Shown here: positions 13,208-25,879 of the stretch, in pieces
Numbering within the stretch: position 1 is the stretch's first letter
How the letters are laid out: the number at the start of each line of letters is the position of its first letter
Assembly: GCA_951406725.2 (NCBI GenBank)
Contig: OX597814.1
Location: 205,158,001 to 205,222,000, forward strand
Direction: 5' to 3'
From: Octopus vulgaris
Taxonomy: Eukaryota
Length of the DNA: 64,000 nt
The notes under the pieces: generated by a model
Seen by the model: the letters and a program-made list of their open reading frames with translations, nothing else
What the model was told of the DNA's origin: nothing
The model's database searches: none
Made by a program: the position numbers and the translations under genes

Positions 13208-13809
13208 GATGGTTAAATTAATAATAAATAACAAAGTAGTATTGTTAAGGATTCTCTATCAACTCAACCATCCAGAATACAAGAATATTGTATAATGGAG
13301 GAAAGCTTCAGACAATATCATTATTAATATAATAGGCGAATTATACAAGTTACAGAGTTTAAGATGGTAGCAATTATCAACATTTTAGATAATTTAGAGT
13401 TAGATCTTAAAATAGATCAGATAATTTAATAATATCTTTGTCTCCTTCACCTTTATATCTTTGGTACAAATTGTCATTGTTTGGAAGCAATCAGATTTGC
13501 AACAAGAGGACGAGGAAGTGCATATTTTAGACTTTAACCTTGCTTATATGACATTAGCTCTCCGCAAAAATCTTTTGCATTAAAGTCTTACATCTTTACT
13601 CCTTGACATATCTGAGTATATTTTGACTCGAAGAGTGTGACTTGGCAAAAAAGGAACATTGCAACATTAAATCTTTACGTTATATATTTTATATAAGACT
13701 TTAAAATGTTTTACAACCAGTATCTTGAGCAACATCGTAAATAATATTCCTCATTTAGAAAAGATAATAATTCCTGATGACGTTAATGGTTGGGTTAGTT
13801 GTAATTATG

Positions 13810-14300
13810 TACTAGGACTAAAATGTTATTGGCAAAGAGGGCATGTGGAAGTGCAATGCAGATGGCATACTTCTACTTGGAACGAGTGCAGAACATGACC
13901 AGGAAGTCACCAACACACATTTTACACAAAACAACCACCATGAGACATTGTAGTACCACACATTATCTCATCAGTGGTCATATGGCTATGTTATGGCTTG
14001 TAACTGTAGAGGAAACAACTTGAATATCACAAAGGTATATGTTGATGACTGCTGGGTAAATCATTGGTCTGTATTAAAGCTTAACTCTGAGCAGAAACAC
14101 AGGAACCACAAGCAGATGCATCACAAACATATGTTTCAACCTTCAAAGGGAACAGTTTACAAACATTGACAGAGCATCTTTGAAGCTCACCCTATTCCAG
14201 AAAAGGTACATGAGGACTGGGATCATTTCAATCAGCAACCTCTGAGCTCTGCAAAGAAACAATTGGCTTTACAAACATGAAACACCAGGAATGTTTTAAT
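13810..14300 (+). mobile_element. decayed RTE LINE AP-endonuclease fragment
   Basis: GILLLGTSAEHDQEVTNTHF..DDCWVNH..KHQECF resemble RTE motifs NGxxLLxxCxExxLxITNTxF, ADCWTDH and KHQDWF. Confidence 0.65.
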
Positions 14301-15599
14301 TAATCTCCTTCAAGGAAAGATCACTTCTCTCATTAATAAATACATTAAAAAAGATTGGCAAATAGACGAAATACCCTCTAGTAATAAGAAAACCTAATCT
14401 GATTTCATTAACAAAACCAACACTCAGGATATAAAACTCAGAATTTCTTCAAATATATCAAACCACTTTATGAACCAATTTATAGAGGTCAGAGTCCAAA
14501 ATAGTCAAAGAAAGAAACAGAATATTCAAAGCTACAGAAACTAACAATTCCTGGTGTGTAAGCACCAAACAAGATGGCGATTTTAATAAGATTATCATCC
14601 AGGTTTCAATAACTCAGAGACTCAAGACAGAAGTTAATGTTTTGAAAATTTGGCTTTAAGAAAATTGATACCTTCTATTCAACAAATAGTAATAAAAATT
14701 TACAAGTTGAGGTTTACAAACTTAGAGATGTCTTAGTTTGCTTATTATTTTTACACACTGTTTTTGAAATAAATTACAAACATGAGACATATTCCAAACG
14801 TAGAAGTCAACCATTTTCTACAACCACTCTTGCATGTTCAAATATAAAGTTACTCTCCAATAAAGTCTCTAAAAACTCCCTATGAGAAAGAAAGTAAACA
14901 ATTTAAGCTTTATGGAGCCTTATGACAAAAACAGTAATTTTATTTCAGTTACATCCCTAAAGTATTTGCACAGATACAGATTCATTATTTTTCTTGCAGA
15001 GATGTGCCCTCACAAGTTCTTATGCATTTGCAATTTGATCCCCACATTGAAAATGTTACTCAGCCCCGATCAACAAAAAAGAGAAATAAATTAGACTGAG
15101 GCAGCTAAATGGTCTTGCCCTGATGTCGAAATCCTAATGAGTATTTTTTTTTTACTATAATCTCTATCAGAAGATCTACATCAGTTTCACTGTACATTGA
15201 GCCATCACAGGAAAACTACAGACCTAATCTTCTTTATAGGAGAAATACCAAGAAGAAAATCAATTCCAGTATATAGATTTTATTTAACAAATGTTGTGAC
15301 ACCTTCTGAAACCTTTTATAAGTTTGTTTACTCAGAGAAATATTTTTAAAATCCTGTTTAAAGTGAATAGTCCTGTACTATAAGAATTGGCATAATGACT
15401 GAGATACAATAACACATTTGACACCTTTGTTGAAAAAAGTAATTAACCAGGATTAAACAAGGTTACATTATTACTCCAGATCTAATCTCTATTTTCCTAT
15501 GTACAATTTGCCCTATGATCTCAGCTTATTTCCTTTTTGGAACTAAGAGAAGCATCTTAAATCAAAATCACGTAAAAACACCATCAGTTGTAGTTGAAG

Positions 15600-16400
15600 A
15601 ACCAGAATATGTTATTGGTTTTATAGTTGTCTGTGAAAACTCTGCTGTAAATTTATTGTCTTTGGTTCTATTGCAGAAATAAATACAAACAACACTGTGG
15701 TAGCTACCATCCAAGTACAAAACAAAAGTTTCAGTAAGCAATACCATATTTGATTTAATTACCTTGGTAGATAAATTGCTCGAAATATTGATGCATAAAT
15801 TCTATAGAAGGATTATCTTGGAAAGTTACAACTTCATAAAATTAATAATCAGGAAGCAACAACCAAAACAAGGATTACTATATATGAAACAGCTGTGAAG
15901 AAACTGAGACTGTATTGCAAAAACTATAAAAAAATAGACTTGAAAGTTCTTACCAAAGAAAGATCTTAAATGGATAAAGAGTTAAGTATCAATTTTGGTG
16001 AGCTTGTTATTAGGCTAGCATCATCAAACCCCAAAATAATAGTGGTAGAGGTTGTCATTGTCTTAATGATGGACAATATTAGACTGCAAAAATACACCTT
16101 TTATTTCCATCTGAAAAAAACACCTGAGAACAACTCCAAGAAATGATCTCAATATCAACTCAGATCCTACCTCATTGGCAGGGACAGCCACAAGAACAAT
16201 GTAAATATTTAGGGATTTTTATAGAGATGAGAAAACATTCAGTATTTTGTGGTTGAACTCAAAGACCTTCCATTTGTTAAGATGTTAAGAATAGCTGACA
16301 ATGAAACAACAAAATCTTACATCTGACCCTCATGACAAAAAGTACAAGTCCCATAAAAATTGAACTTATTCATCCATCTAAAGATACATAAATAAAGATC
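15600..16400 (+). mobile_element. very decayed LINE RT remnant
   Basis: EQCKYLGIF motif near 16195-16225 within an A-rich strand; many stops. Confidence 0.3.
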
Positions 16401-16639
16401 TGACATCACATCAAGAAGATATCTTATCAAATATAACCTACTAGATATCATTATGTCTCAGAGGATATCTTATACAATAACCAAGTAAGTATACAATATA
16501 ACATAGTAGATATTTTACACAGCAACAACAAGGGATTCCATGATAAAATATTCAATACAAGAATAATTTCTAATATGATCAGGAAGGTGATGTGAGTACC
16601 ATTGATAATACCATTAGTTATCAAGGAGTTTAGTATAGT

Positions 16640-16960
16640 AAGAAGGATATGGAGGAGGTAGGGTGCAGGTAACTCCATTGGGCAGACAATCTTTGTATGA
16701 AATACTTTAATGGAATGTTTAGAGACACAGACATACTAGTATGAAATGCAATGAGGAGAGCAGCAGGTGCATTGGATAGGTTGAAGCAGAGGATGAATGA
16801 AGCTGAGTCTAGTGCAGTAGTGAGAGCAGAGAAGGAGACATTGCAGATTGAAGGTTTAAATGAAAAAAGATCTATCAAATGTTTCGGTGATCAATGAAGG
16901 TTAATGACATTGGTGTGTGAACAGTACACTACAGGGAGAATATTAGGAACTTGTAGAACA
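16640..16960 (+). mobile_element. probable L1/Tx1 ORF2 fragment
   Basis: purine-rich segment translating to ALDRLKQRMNEAESSAVVRAEKETLQIEG, similar to the Tx1 linker. Confidence 0.35.
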
Positions 16961-17022
16961 TGAAGACCTGCATAAAGCAGAAGTATTTCTTGGTTCTAAT
17001 AAAAAAAGAAAATCAAGATGTC

Positions 17023-17272
17023 TAAACCCTTTAGCATTCAGATTACTCTGTCTAATGTAATGCTTATTTATTCAAATTGTTTTTAATTAATCATACATTA
17101 TTTAATAGCTTTGAAATTTCAATGAGGTGATTGTTTATTTTTTTTGTTTATTTTTAGAACAACATTGTTGGGGGAGTGTGAAAAGCAGGATCTGGTTAGT
17201 TTGAACATAAGACAGATAGAATATTTAGACTGGATTTAAATATTTTAGCTGGTTTAAACGCTAAAGGGTTAA
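17023..17272. mobile_element. piggyBac-like MITE, family P2
   Basis: TIRs aaccctttagcattca / taaacgctaaagggttaa; homologous to 55393-55622. Confidence 0.75.
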
Positions 17273-18699
17273 TAAATGACTAAATAATTTAGTGTCAAAC
17301 ATGTAGAAGTTCTTGAGATTAATTCCTCCACCTGGGTTAGAAGCCTGGTTAAAGCTATTTCCCTTCACACACACAGCTTATACTCTTAGGTACAGTGTGA
17401 CAGTGACAACAGCTCCTCTTTAATAATTGCAAGGACACAAGTTTATCAAGAACATGTTTCTAAAAGTACATCCATTTCACCTGACCTCATAAAAAAAACT
17501 GTGAAAGGGACATTAGGGTTTGAGCTAAGTGATTTCAGTAAAAATAATCTCATAATACTGCATTGTAATACTTTACAGTTCCAAGACACAATCTCATGGA
17601 TGCTCTGGAATGCATCATCAGTGATGTTTCTGGGGTCTCATGGGGCTTTGTGTTTCAGCATCAGACTCCATTACCCATTTAACCCAGCTGAGGCTGATCA
17701 AGTCTCAGTTTGCATCCCAGGAATACTGTACTAGAATGGTGTACTATAATATAGTATCATAATACTGTACAAAGGAAATTCTGACTCTGCAAACTTATGA
17801 TTAAAAGCATTTCAGCCATGACCATCCCACCTTTTTAGGTGTGTACCTAGCTAATGTGTCCTTCATTTTTTAGACATCATCATCATCGTTTAACGTCCGT
17901 TTTCCGTGCTAGCACGGGTTGGACAGTGTAATGTAATTTGAGGAAAATCTAGCTGCTATTCCTAGCAAGTTTAGTGACCATGAAGTTCCCTAGTTGGTTT
18001 GTGGGTGTTAATGTGGGTGGTGATTTTAGGTGTAAATATGGGTTGTAATTGTTGGAAGTGGGTTGTGGGTAGTGCATGGGGAAGTGATTGTGGGAAGTGA
18101 CTGTCAGTAGTGGTTGTGGGTATTGATTGCAGGTATTAGTAGTGGGAAGTGGTTGTGGGTATTGGTAGTGGGAAGTGAGTGAGGAACTCCAACCCTCCTA
18201 TACTATCTTGGAAGGATCTAAACCTTAACACACTTTCCTATCATCTCTTCACATTCTGATTTACATATTCTTCCTTTATCCTTTACTTGTTTTAGTCATT
18301 GGTCAGTGGCCATGTTGGGGCACTGCCTTGTGAACTCGGCTAACATAAAATTGATTTATTGATTTCTTAGAGTGGATCAGGCCACAAATATATAGGAGGT
18401 AGGTGGGAAGAGTTCTGACATTGATAATACCAGTACATAACTGGTATTAGTACTTTCTTCACTGAACTGGGTGAAATGATATTCAGTGTCACCTTTGATT
18501 TGAACCTAACCCCAGAAAGTGAAGACACAGAACTGTATGCTGTAAGGAATTCTATCCAATGCTCTACAGCTTCTGCTGTTCCACCATATCTAAGAGAATA
18601 CTGAGCCATGATCAGCAAAGCTGTCTTCGATTTTTCTCAATTCTATAGTTTTAAAATACAGGTAACTTTCCAACAGAGCACTGTTTCACAAGTTACCAT

Positions 18700-18975
18700 A
18701 ATCATCTTTTAACATCTGTTTTCCATGTTGGCATGGCTGGAATGGTTTGACTGGAACTGGCAAGCCGGAGAGCTGCACCAGGCTCCAGTCATCTGTTTTA
18801 GTTTGGTTTCTATGGCTGGATGCCCTTCCTAATGCCAACCACCTCACAGAATGTGGCTACATTTTACATATCACTGACACAGGCGCTTTTTATGTGGCAC
18901 TGGCACTTTCACATGGCACATGTACTTTTTACATGGCACCAGCACACATGCTTTTAATGTGGCATTAGCACCACA
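18700..18975 (-). mobile_element. RTE 3' UTR fragment (family A)
   Basis: ggatgcccttcctaatgccaacc motif plus sub-repeats. Confidence 0.7.
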
Positions 18976-19015
18976 TGAAAAATTTCATATATATATATGT
19001 GTGTGTGTGTATGTA

Positions 19016-19320
19016 GAGGCGCAATGGCCCAGTGGTTAGGACAGCAGACTCGTGGTCGGAAGATCATGGTTTCGATTCCCAGACCAGGTGTTGTGTGTGT
19101 TTATTGAGCGAAAACACCTAAAGCTCCACGAGGCTCCAGCAAGGGGTGGTGGAGACCCCTGTTGTACTCTTTTGCCCCAATTTTCTCTCATTCTCTCTTC
19201 CTGTTTCTTGAGTAACGCTGCAATGGACTGGCATACTGTCCAGCTGAGGGGAACACATATGCCATAGAAACCGGGAAACTGGGCCCATAAGCCTGACTAG
19301 GCTTGGAAAGGGCACATGAA
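19016..19320 (+). mobile_element. tRNA-derived SINE, head D + tail V
   Basis: head nearly identical to the 7963-8346 copy; tail gctgcaatggactggc..gaaaccgggaaactggg (V-SINE-like). Confidence 0.85.
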
Positions 19321-19327
19321 TAAATAA

Positions 19328-19372
<45 letters not shown>

Positions 19373-20664
19373 CATTAAAAATTAATGGTAACTAAGGATG
19401 TCTCAGCCTTGAACTAAACTCTGTACTTAGCAAAATAAATTACAAACATTGTTTAAATCTCATTTCATTTTTGAAGAAAGGAAATAACTTCCATGCAAAA
19501 TTGAAAATATTGCATTTTCCTGTTAAAGATTAACTGATATAAACATCATTACTTTTAGTACAGAAGAGTAACATACAATGCCTTGCAAACAGTAATCATC
19601 CTATCAAAGTTGCCTGTTGCTCAAGATTGGCAAAATCTCACAAGTTTCATGTTTATTTATTTATTTATTTAATTATAGCTTATATTGTTAATTAAAGAAC
19701 ATTAGCACTGCTGATTACTGGTTTCTAACGGACCAATCTCAGAGAGGGTGACAAGTGAGTATCTCTAACTCAATACAGGAAAAATATATTAAGGGACTTT
19801 ATTCATAAGGCACCAGTTTTTTTTTCAGTTTTGTTATCAATGTTTGTATCTTTTGATGATATACATCAGTAAAAGCTATACATACAAGTGTCTTCTACTA
19901 CGGCCCCAAACCAACGGATACCTTGGGAGTGGCATGTGTGAGACAGAAACTGTACAATGATTGTTGTAATGCATATTATATATCATCATCATCATCATCG
20001 TTTTAGTGTTTACTTTTCCATACTTGTATGGGGTGGACTGAGTTTAATGAGGCAGATTTTCTGTCTGGATGCTCTTCCTGTTGTCAACCCTCATCCATTT
20101 CCAAGAGCAAGGGAATATTTGCCGATGGCCAAACATATTTTCACAGACTTTTGGAAATGACACACACACACACGCATGCACACGTCAGGCTTTCTTCAGT
20201 TTCCATCAAGTAAATCCATTCACAAGTCATTAGTCTGTCTGGGACTACGGTAGAAGAAACTTCCCCAAAATGCCATTCAGTATGTTGGGAAGCAAACTTC
20301 TTAACCACAAAGCCATACCAGCACCTGTATATATATATATATATATATACTTGGATACACACACACACGCACACAAACACATGCATATAGACACATGGAC
20401 ACACATTTGTGTGTGCTGTGTGCAAATGCATGTTGTGATATTTCCCTTGTTACCAAAAGGTGCTGATGTTTCCATTTCTTGTTGACATTTTAATCAGTCA
20501 CTCTGCCCTTTCAAAGACATGTGTGGTAACAATCCCTTTCTTGAAAAATAGGTGAGGGTTGGCAACAGGAAGAGGATTATCTGGACATACAACCCTGCCT
20601 CAAACTCAATTACTACCCATGACATTCAAACATGGGAAAATGTATGTTAAACAAATGATTGACT

Positions 20665-20910
20665 CATCATCATCATGATTTAGCATCTGTTTTCCATGCT
20701 GGCATGGGTTAGATGGTTTTACTGGAACCGGTAAGCTGGAGAGCTGTGCCAGGCTCTGGTTTGTTTTGGCTTGGCTTCTACGGCTGGATGCCCTTCCTAA
20801 TGCCAACCCCTCCACAGAATGCAGAGTGTGCCTTTTACACATCACCAGCACTGCTATGACTATGATTTCACTTGGCTTGACAAGTCTTTTCAAGCACAGT
20901 AAATCACCAA
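20665..20910 (-). mobile_element. RTE 3' UTR fragment (family A)
   Basis: same motifs as other family A copies. Confidence 0.7.
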
Positions 20911-21041
20911 AGTTACTGAAGAAAATATGGAATGCTTCAGGAACAGGCATGTCTCCCTTGTGCAGGGCAATGTTGATCTTCTCTGTATTGTTCTAATTTT
21001 AGGATATGTATAGCTGAAGATATATATATATACATATATAT

Positions 21042-21331
21042 GGAGGTGCAATGGCCTAGTGGTTAGGGCAGCGGACTCACGGTCGCAGGATCACGGTTTT
21101 GATTCCCAGACCGGGCATTGTGAGTGTTTATTGAGCGAAAACTCCTAAAAGCTCCACGAGGCTCCGGCAGGGGGTGGTGATCCCTGCTGTACTCTTTCAC
21201 TACTCTTTCTTCTGTTGGCCTGCTCGCTTAGCCAGCGGGGTGGCATCATTTGAAGGCTAAAACAATGCGAACGCATTGTGACCAGCAATGTGTAACAACA
21301 TCTGATGGTCTGGTCGGTCACGTGACGTGAT
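21042..21331 (+). mobile_element. tRNA-derived SINE, head D + tail Y, lying in (TA)n
   Basis: head D followed by an unrelated tail ending ggtcggtcacgtgacgtgat. Confidence 0.85.
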
Positions 21332-21584
21332 ATATATATGTATATATATATATATATAAATATAGGGATGGTATTATTAAAATACCATCACAAGTGGTAA
21401 GGGAATTATCAGCCATACAGGCAAATTAATAAAATATATACATACATTATTAAATATGTACATATATACACAAGGGTACTACATGAGTACCTATACCGCT
21501 AATGATAGAAGTGAAAAAATACTTCTGTACCACTGAATAGTCACAAATCTATTATACATATATATATATATATATATATTTCGA

Positions 21585-21968
21585 AACCAAAATCGAAATC
21601 GATCAACATCAATGGAATTTGTAGTTTTGTGGTACCAGTGCCGTAGCCAGTACTGCATTGACTGGCCTCCGTGCTGGTGGCATGTAACAAACACCATCCG
21701 ATTGTGGCTGTTGCCAGCCTCGTCTGGCACGTAAAAAGCACCATCTGATCATGGCCGTTTGCCAGCCTCGTCTGGCACCTGTGCAGGTGGCACATAAAAA
21801 GCACCCACTACACTCACGGAGTGGTTGGCATTAGGAAGGGCATCCAGCTGTAGAAACACTGCCAGATCTGACTGGCCTGGTGCAGCCCTCGGGCTTCCCA
21901 GACCCCATTTGAACCGTCCAACCCATGCTAGCATGGAAAGCGGACGTTAAAAGATGATGATGATGATG

Positions 21969-21970
<2 letters not shown>
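21585..21970 (+). mobile_element. RTE 3' UTR fragment (family A), low divergence
   Basis: sub-repeats ggcac(g/a)taaaaagcacc; ends ggaaagcggacgttaaaa(gat)n. Confidence 0.8.
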
Positions 21971-22004
<34 letters not shown>

Positions 22005-22608
22005 TCATAATCCTTATCCACACAACGGGTTGACAGAATTTACTTCTCCTGGACTCCACTGACAAGGTATTGGCTAATAAGAGCCTAAAGTAGAAAATGA
22101 GTGCCCATGACATGGGATCAAACTCATATCCAACTTGTTGCAAAACAAAACTGCTTACCCACACAATTATGCCGACAGATTGAATCTACCCCCGAACAAA
22201 CTTTATACTTGAAGTTGATTGAGGCAGAATTTGAACTCGGAATATTGAGGGACACAACAAAATACTGTATGGTATTTACTCTAACATTCCATTATTTCTA
22301 CAATGCCACTTTTTCTTCAAAAAAAAAAAAACCCAGTTATGGACGAATAATGACCAAGTAATGGGTAATTTGGAATTTGAGGAATAAAATGAAATAAAAT
22401 AAATTGTAATAAATTATTATACTTATGCAGATCTTATATCTAAAGTTTTAAGTGTGTGAAACTACACGGATAAGAAGCAAGGATGGAGAAGCTGTTTGCA
22501 AAGTGTAACAATTGATGGAGTTAGTAAAAGCCTACAATTTGGCTGAGAAATGATGAGATCATGAAAGGGAAATTTCGTCTAATGTTACATACATACATAC
22601 TACAATTA

Positions 22609-22675
<67 letters not shown>

Positions 22676-24914
22676 TGTTTCTGTATAGGTTTTAAATGAC
22701 AGAGTATTTCAGATTTTGCCTGCAAAAGAATCAAGGAATTAAAAGTAAGAGAATACTATCTAGCTATTATCAATAGATGGGATAATATATATGTAGTTAA
22801 ATTAATTGCATTAAATGAATGTCTTAACATTTAAATTAATACAATCAATAGTGTTGAAGTTGTAAATATGTAACAATGATTTCTTAACTGAAAGACATCA
22901 AGGTATGTGTCTATATATATATATACTTATATGTATATAAAAGAATAATCTGCTTCTTTAATCTTTTCCTAGGTAGTTATTAGTATAAAGTCATTAGAGT
23001 TAAAACATATAACTAAGAAATTAAGATCATACATACTTTAAATAGCAGATTTATTAAGGAGCCTTTAGAAATTCTCTTAAACTGTGAATTTACCATGCTA
23101 CCTATTCACGTACACCGGGACTAAATACATTACTATCAAATTATTCATGTAAATTCATCTATAAGTACTTTAGTGAGTTAATATATATATATATATATAT
23201 ATATATGACTTCATCCTTAATAATTTAACTATTTCTGAAGATTTTCATCTTTATCCTGGCCTTTAATCTTTCTCAGATATAGATTATAAACCCTTATATC
23301 CTTGTTCCCCACCCCAACCAGCTCACAAAAATATTTGTATTTTAAAATATAAATAAATATTTTTAATATCTCTTATTAATTAACTTCTGAAGTTAATGAA
23401 GGCTAAACTATTTTCTGAAAAAACATTTCAAGCAAACAGGACGGACCTACCTTACTGGGTTTATCCATCTTGCCAGACTTACTAGTTCAGTAGGCCCAAC
23501 CCTTTTGATGCCTCATGTACCTTTAGAAAATGTGTGATTAATTTTCACCCCCACCCTAATAATATCACAGTTGAAGATAGAAAAGTCAATTTATAATGAC
23601 CAATTTTTTTTCCCCCCTTTTTTTTTTTTTGATAATTGAACCACTTACTTCACAGAACACAGATATTTTGAAGAGTTATTTTTCATTTTTCTATCTTTTT
23701 TAGTCAGGAAGGAGGGCAGTGTTTATAGTCCTTTACAGGGCATCTGAGGCTAGTGAAAAGGAAAGAGGGAGAGAAGAAGAGAGGTATCCTCAAACCAAAA
23801 TACCTGCACCAGAGTAGACTCTGTTAAAGGCATCCAAAGTGCCAGGTGATAGTATAAGTCAGTCTACTACTTAAGTAGATCACGACAGGATTTGAACTCT
23901 AGATGCAAAGAGCTGGAACATATACAGGCAACTCATTCAAGTTGGTGGTCTTACAGTTCTGCCAATCCACTGCACCAGGTTGGTACTTTTTTTTTATTGA
24001 CCCTTGAAAGGATCAAAAACAAAGTTTCCTGCAGTAGGATTTAAACTTAGACAGCAGAGGGTCAGAACAAAGACCATAATGCAATCTGTCCAGTGCTCTA
24101 ACGACTTTGCCAATTTGCCACTTTAAAGTTAATAATTAAATTGTGAAAAGCAATTTGAAAAGCCAACTCATATTCCAAGAAATGTGGAGACCCCGGGTCA
24201 GGAAACCCAGAACTAGATCTGGAACTCACTCACTCTATATCCATATTGTGATTGCTTTGCTCCCAGGTCAGTCTTGACATGATCAAAGATGTTCCAGTTG
24301 TTATAAGCTCATCTTTATTTATTTTTCATACATATTATCTACCATATCATCTGTCTTTATGTGTTTCAGATGGCAGACTGTGATTTGAGGGAGATTTGGT
24401 TGCTATTTCTATTAGGTTAGATCAAGTAATCATGTAGAGGCCACCTTATTGATCTATAGGTATGAATGCAAACCTCACAGATGGTTCTAGAAAGTGTTGC
24501 AAATTATTGATTTTTAATTAATGTATCATGCTACTGAAATATTTAATTAATGACAGCTTAACACAGGTATGTTAATTCATGCTTTACATAATTAAATACT
24601 GAATTATTAATTCATAAATAATGTGTTGATAGTATGTGTCACAATTGTGAGTTTATAATATGAGCTCCAGAATGACAACTCAACTATCAATGGGCGGGCC
24701 CTTATACTGTCACTAGGTCCGCTGGATATAACAGCTAAATTCCCTCAAATGATGCTTTATTTTCTTAAACAAGGGCATGCTGTACTGTGTATCACTAAAA
24801 AGATTCACGGATCACAACAGGAACACCTTTGTGCTCAATCACAACTGACCTTGGGTTAAAAAGCAACAACAATTCATTGATTAAATTAAGAATTGAAAAA
24901 AAAAAAGTATTCCG

Positions 24915-25205
24915 TATATATATGTGTATATATATATATGCATATATACATACATATATATACACACACACACATACATGTACACACATGCATATATACA
25001 TACATATATTTATATGTGTGTGTGTGCGTGTGAACATACATATACATACAAACATACATATGCACATACATCTATATATATATATAAACATATATGTACA
25101 CACATATATACATATATATATAAACATATATAGATATATATACTCATATACATATCTGTATGGACACACAAGTGTGCATGTGTGCATATATAAATTACAC
25201 ACACA
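24915..25205. repeat. compound (TA)/(CA)/(CATA) microsatellite downstream of the TRIM stop
   Basis: direct reading. Confidence 0.9.
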
Positions 25206-25551
25206 TAGTTGGCAAAGGTATTTTCTGACAATTACCAATCATACATGCAAACGTAATCACCAAACTAAGACCCCCTCTCTTTAAAACGAACAAATCACTA
25301 AATTAAGACTCACCTATCTATAACATTCACCATGCTATGAAACTGAGATTTCTTCTACCTGTAATATTCACCATCCCATAACACTAATAGCAGAACTGAA
25401 GTGTTAGTTTAATTTATGCAGTATAAATACTAAACGAAATAGCTTATCAAATCCATCTGATTTAATTGTCTCTTGTGTGGCAGTAACAATTACTCTTACT
25501 ATGGACTAAGCAGCTACTCATTTACTATACTGTACTAAAATACAATTGGTC

Positions 25552-25597
<46 letters not shown>

Positions 25598-25727
25598 TAT
25601 ATATATGAGCAAAATAACTAATAGATAGGAAAAAGTCAGAGCTGCCACAAATACAATATCTATCTATCTATCTCTATTTATCTATCTATCTCTCCATCTA
25701 CACATACATATACGCACACACATATAC

Positions 25728-25783
<56 letters not shown>

Positions 25784-25879
25784 GTATATATATATATATG
25801 ATGCACACACATGTGTGGGTATGTGTATGTATGGTATGAAGCTATTAATCAGAAAGAGAATCAATAACTACTAAAAGAT

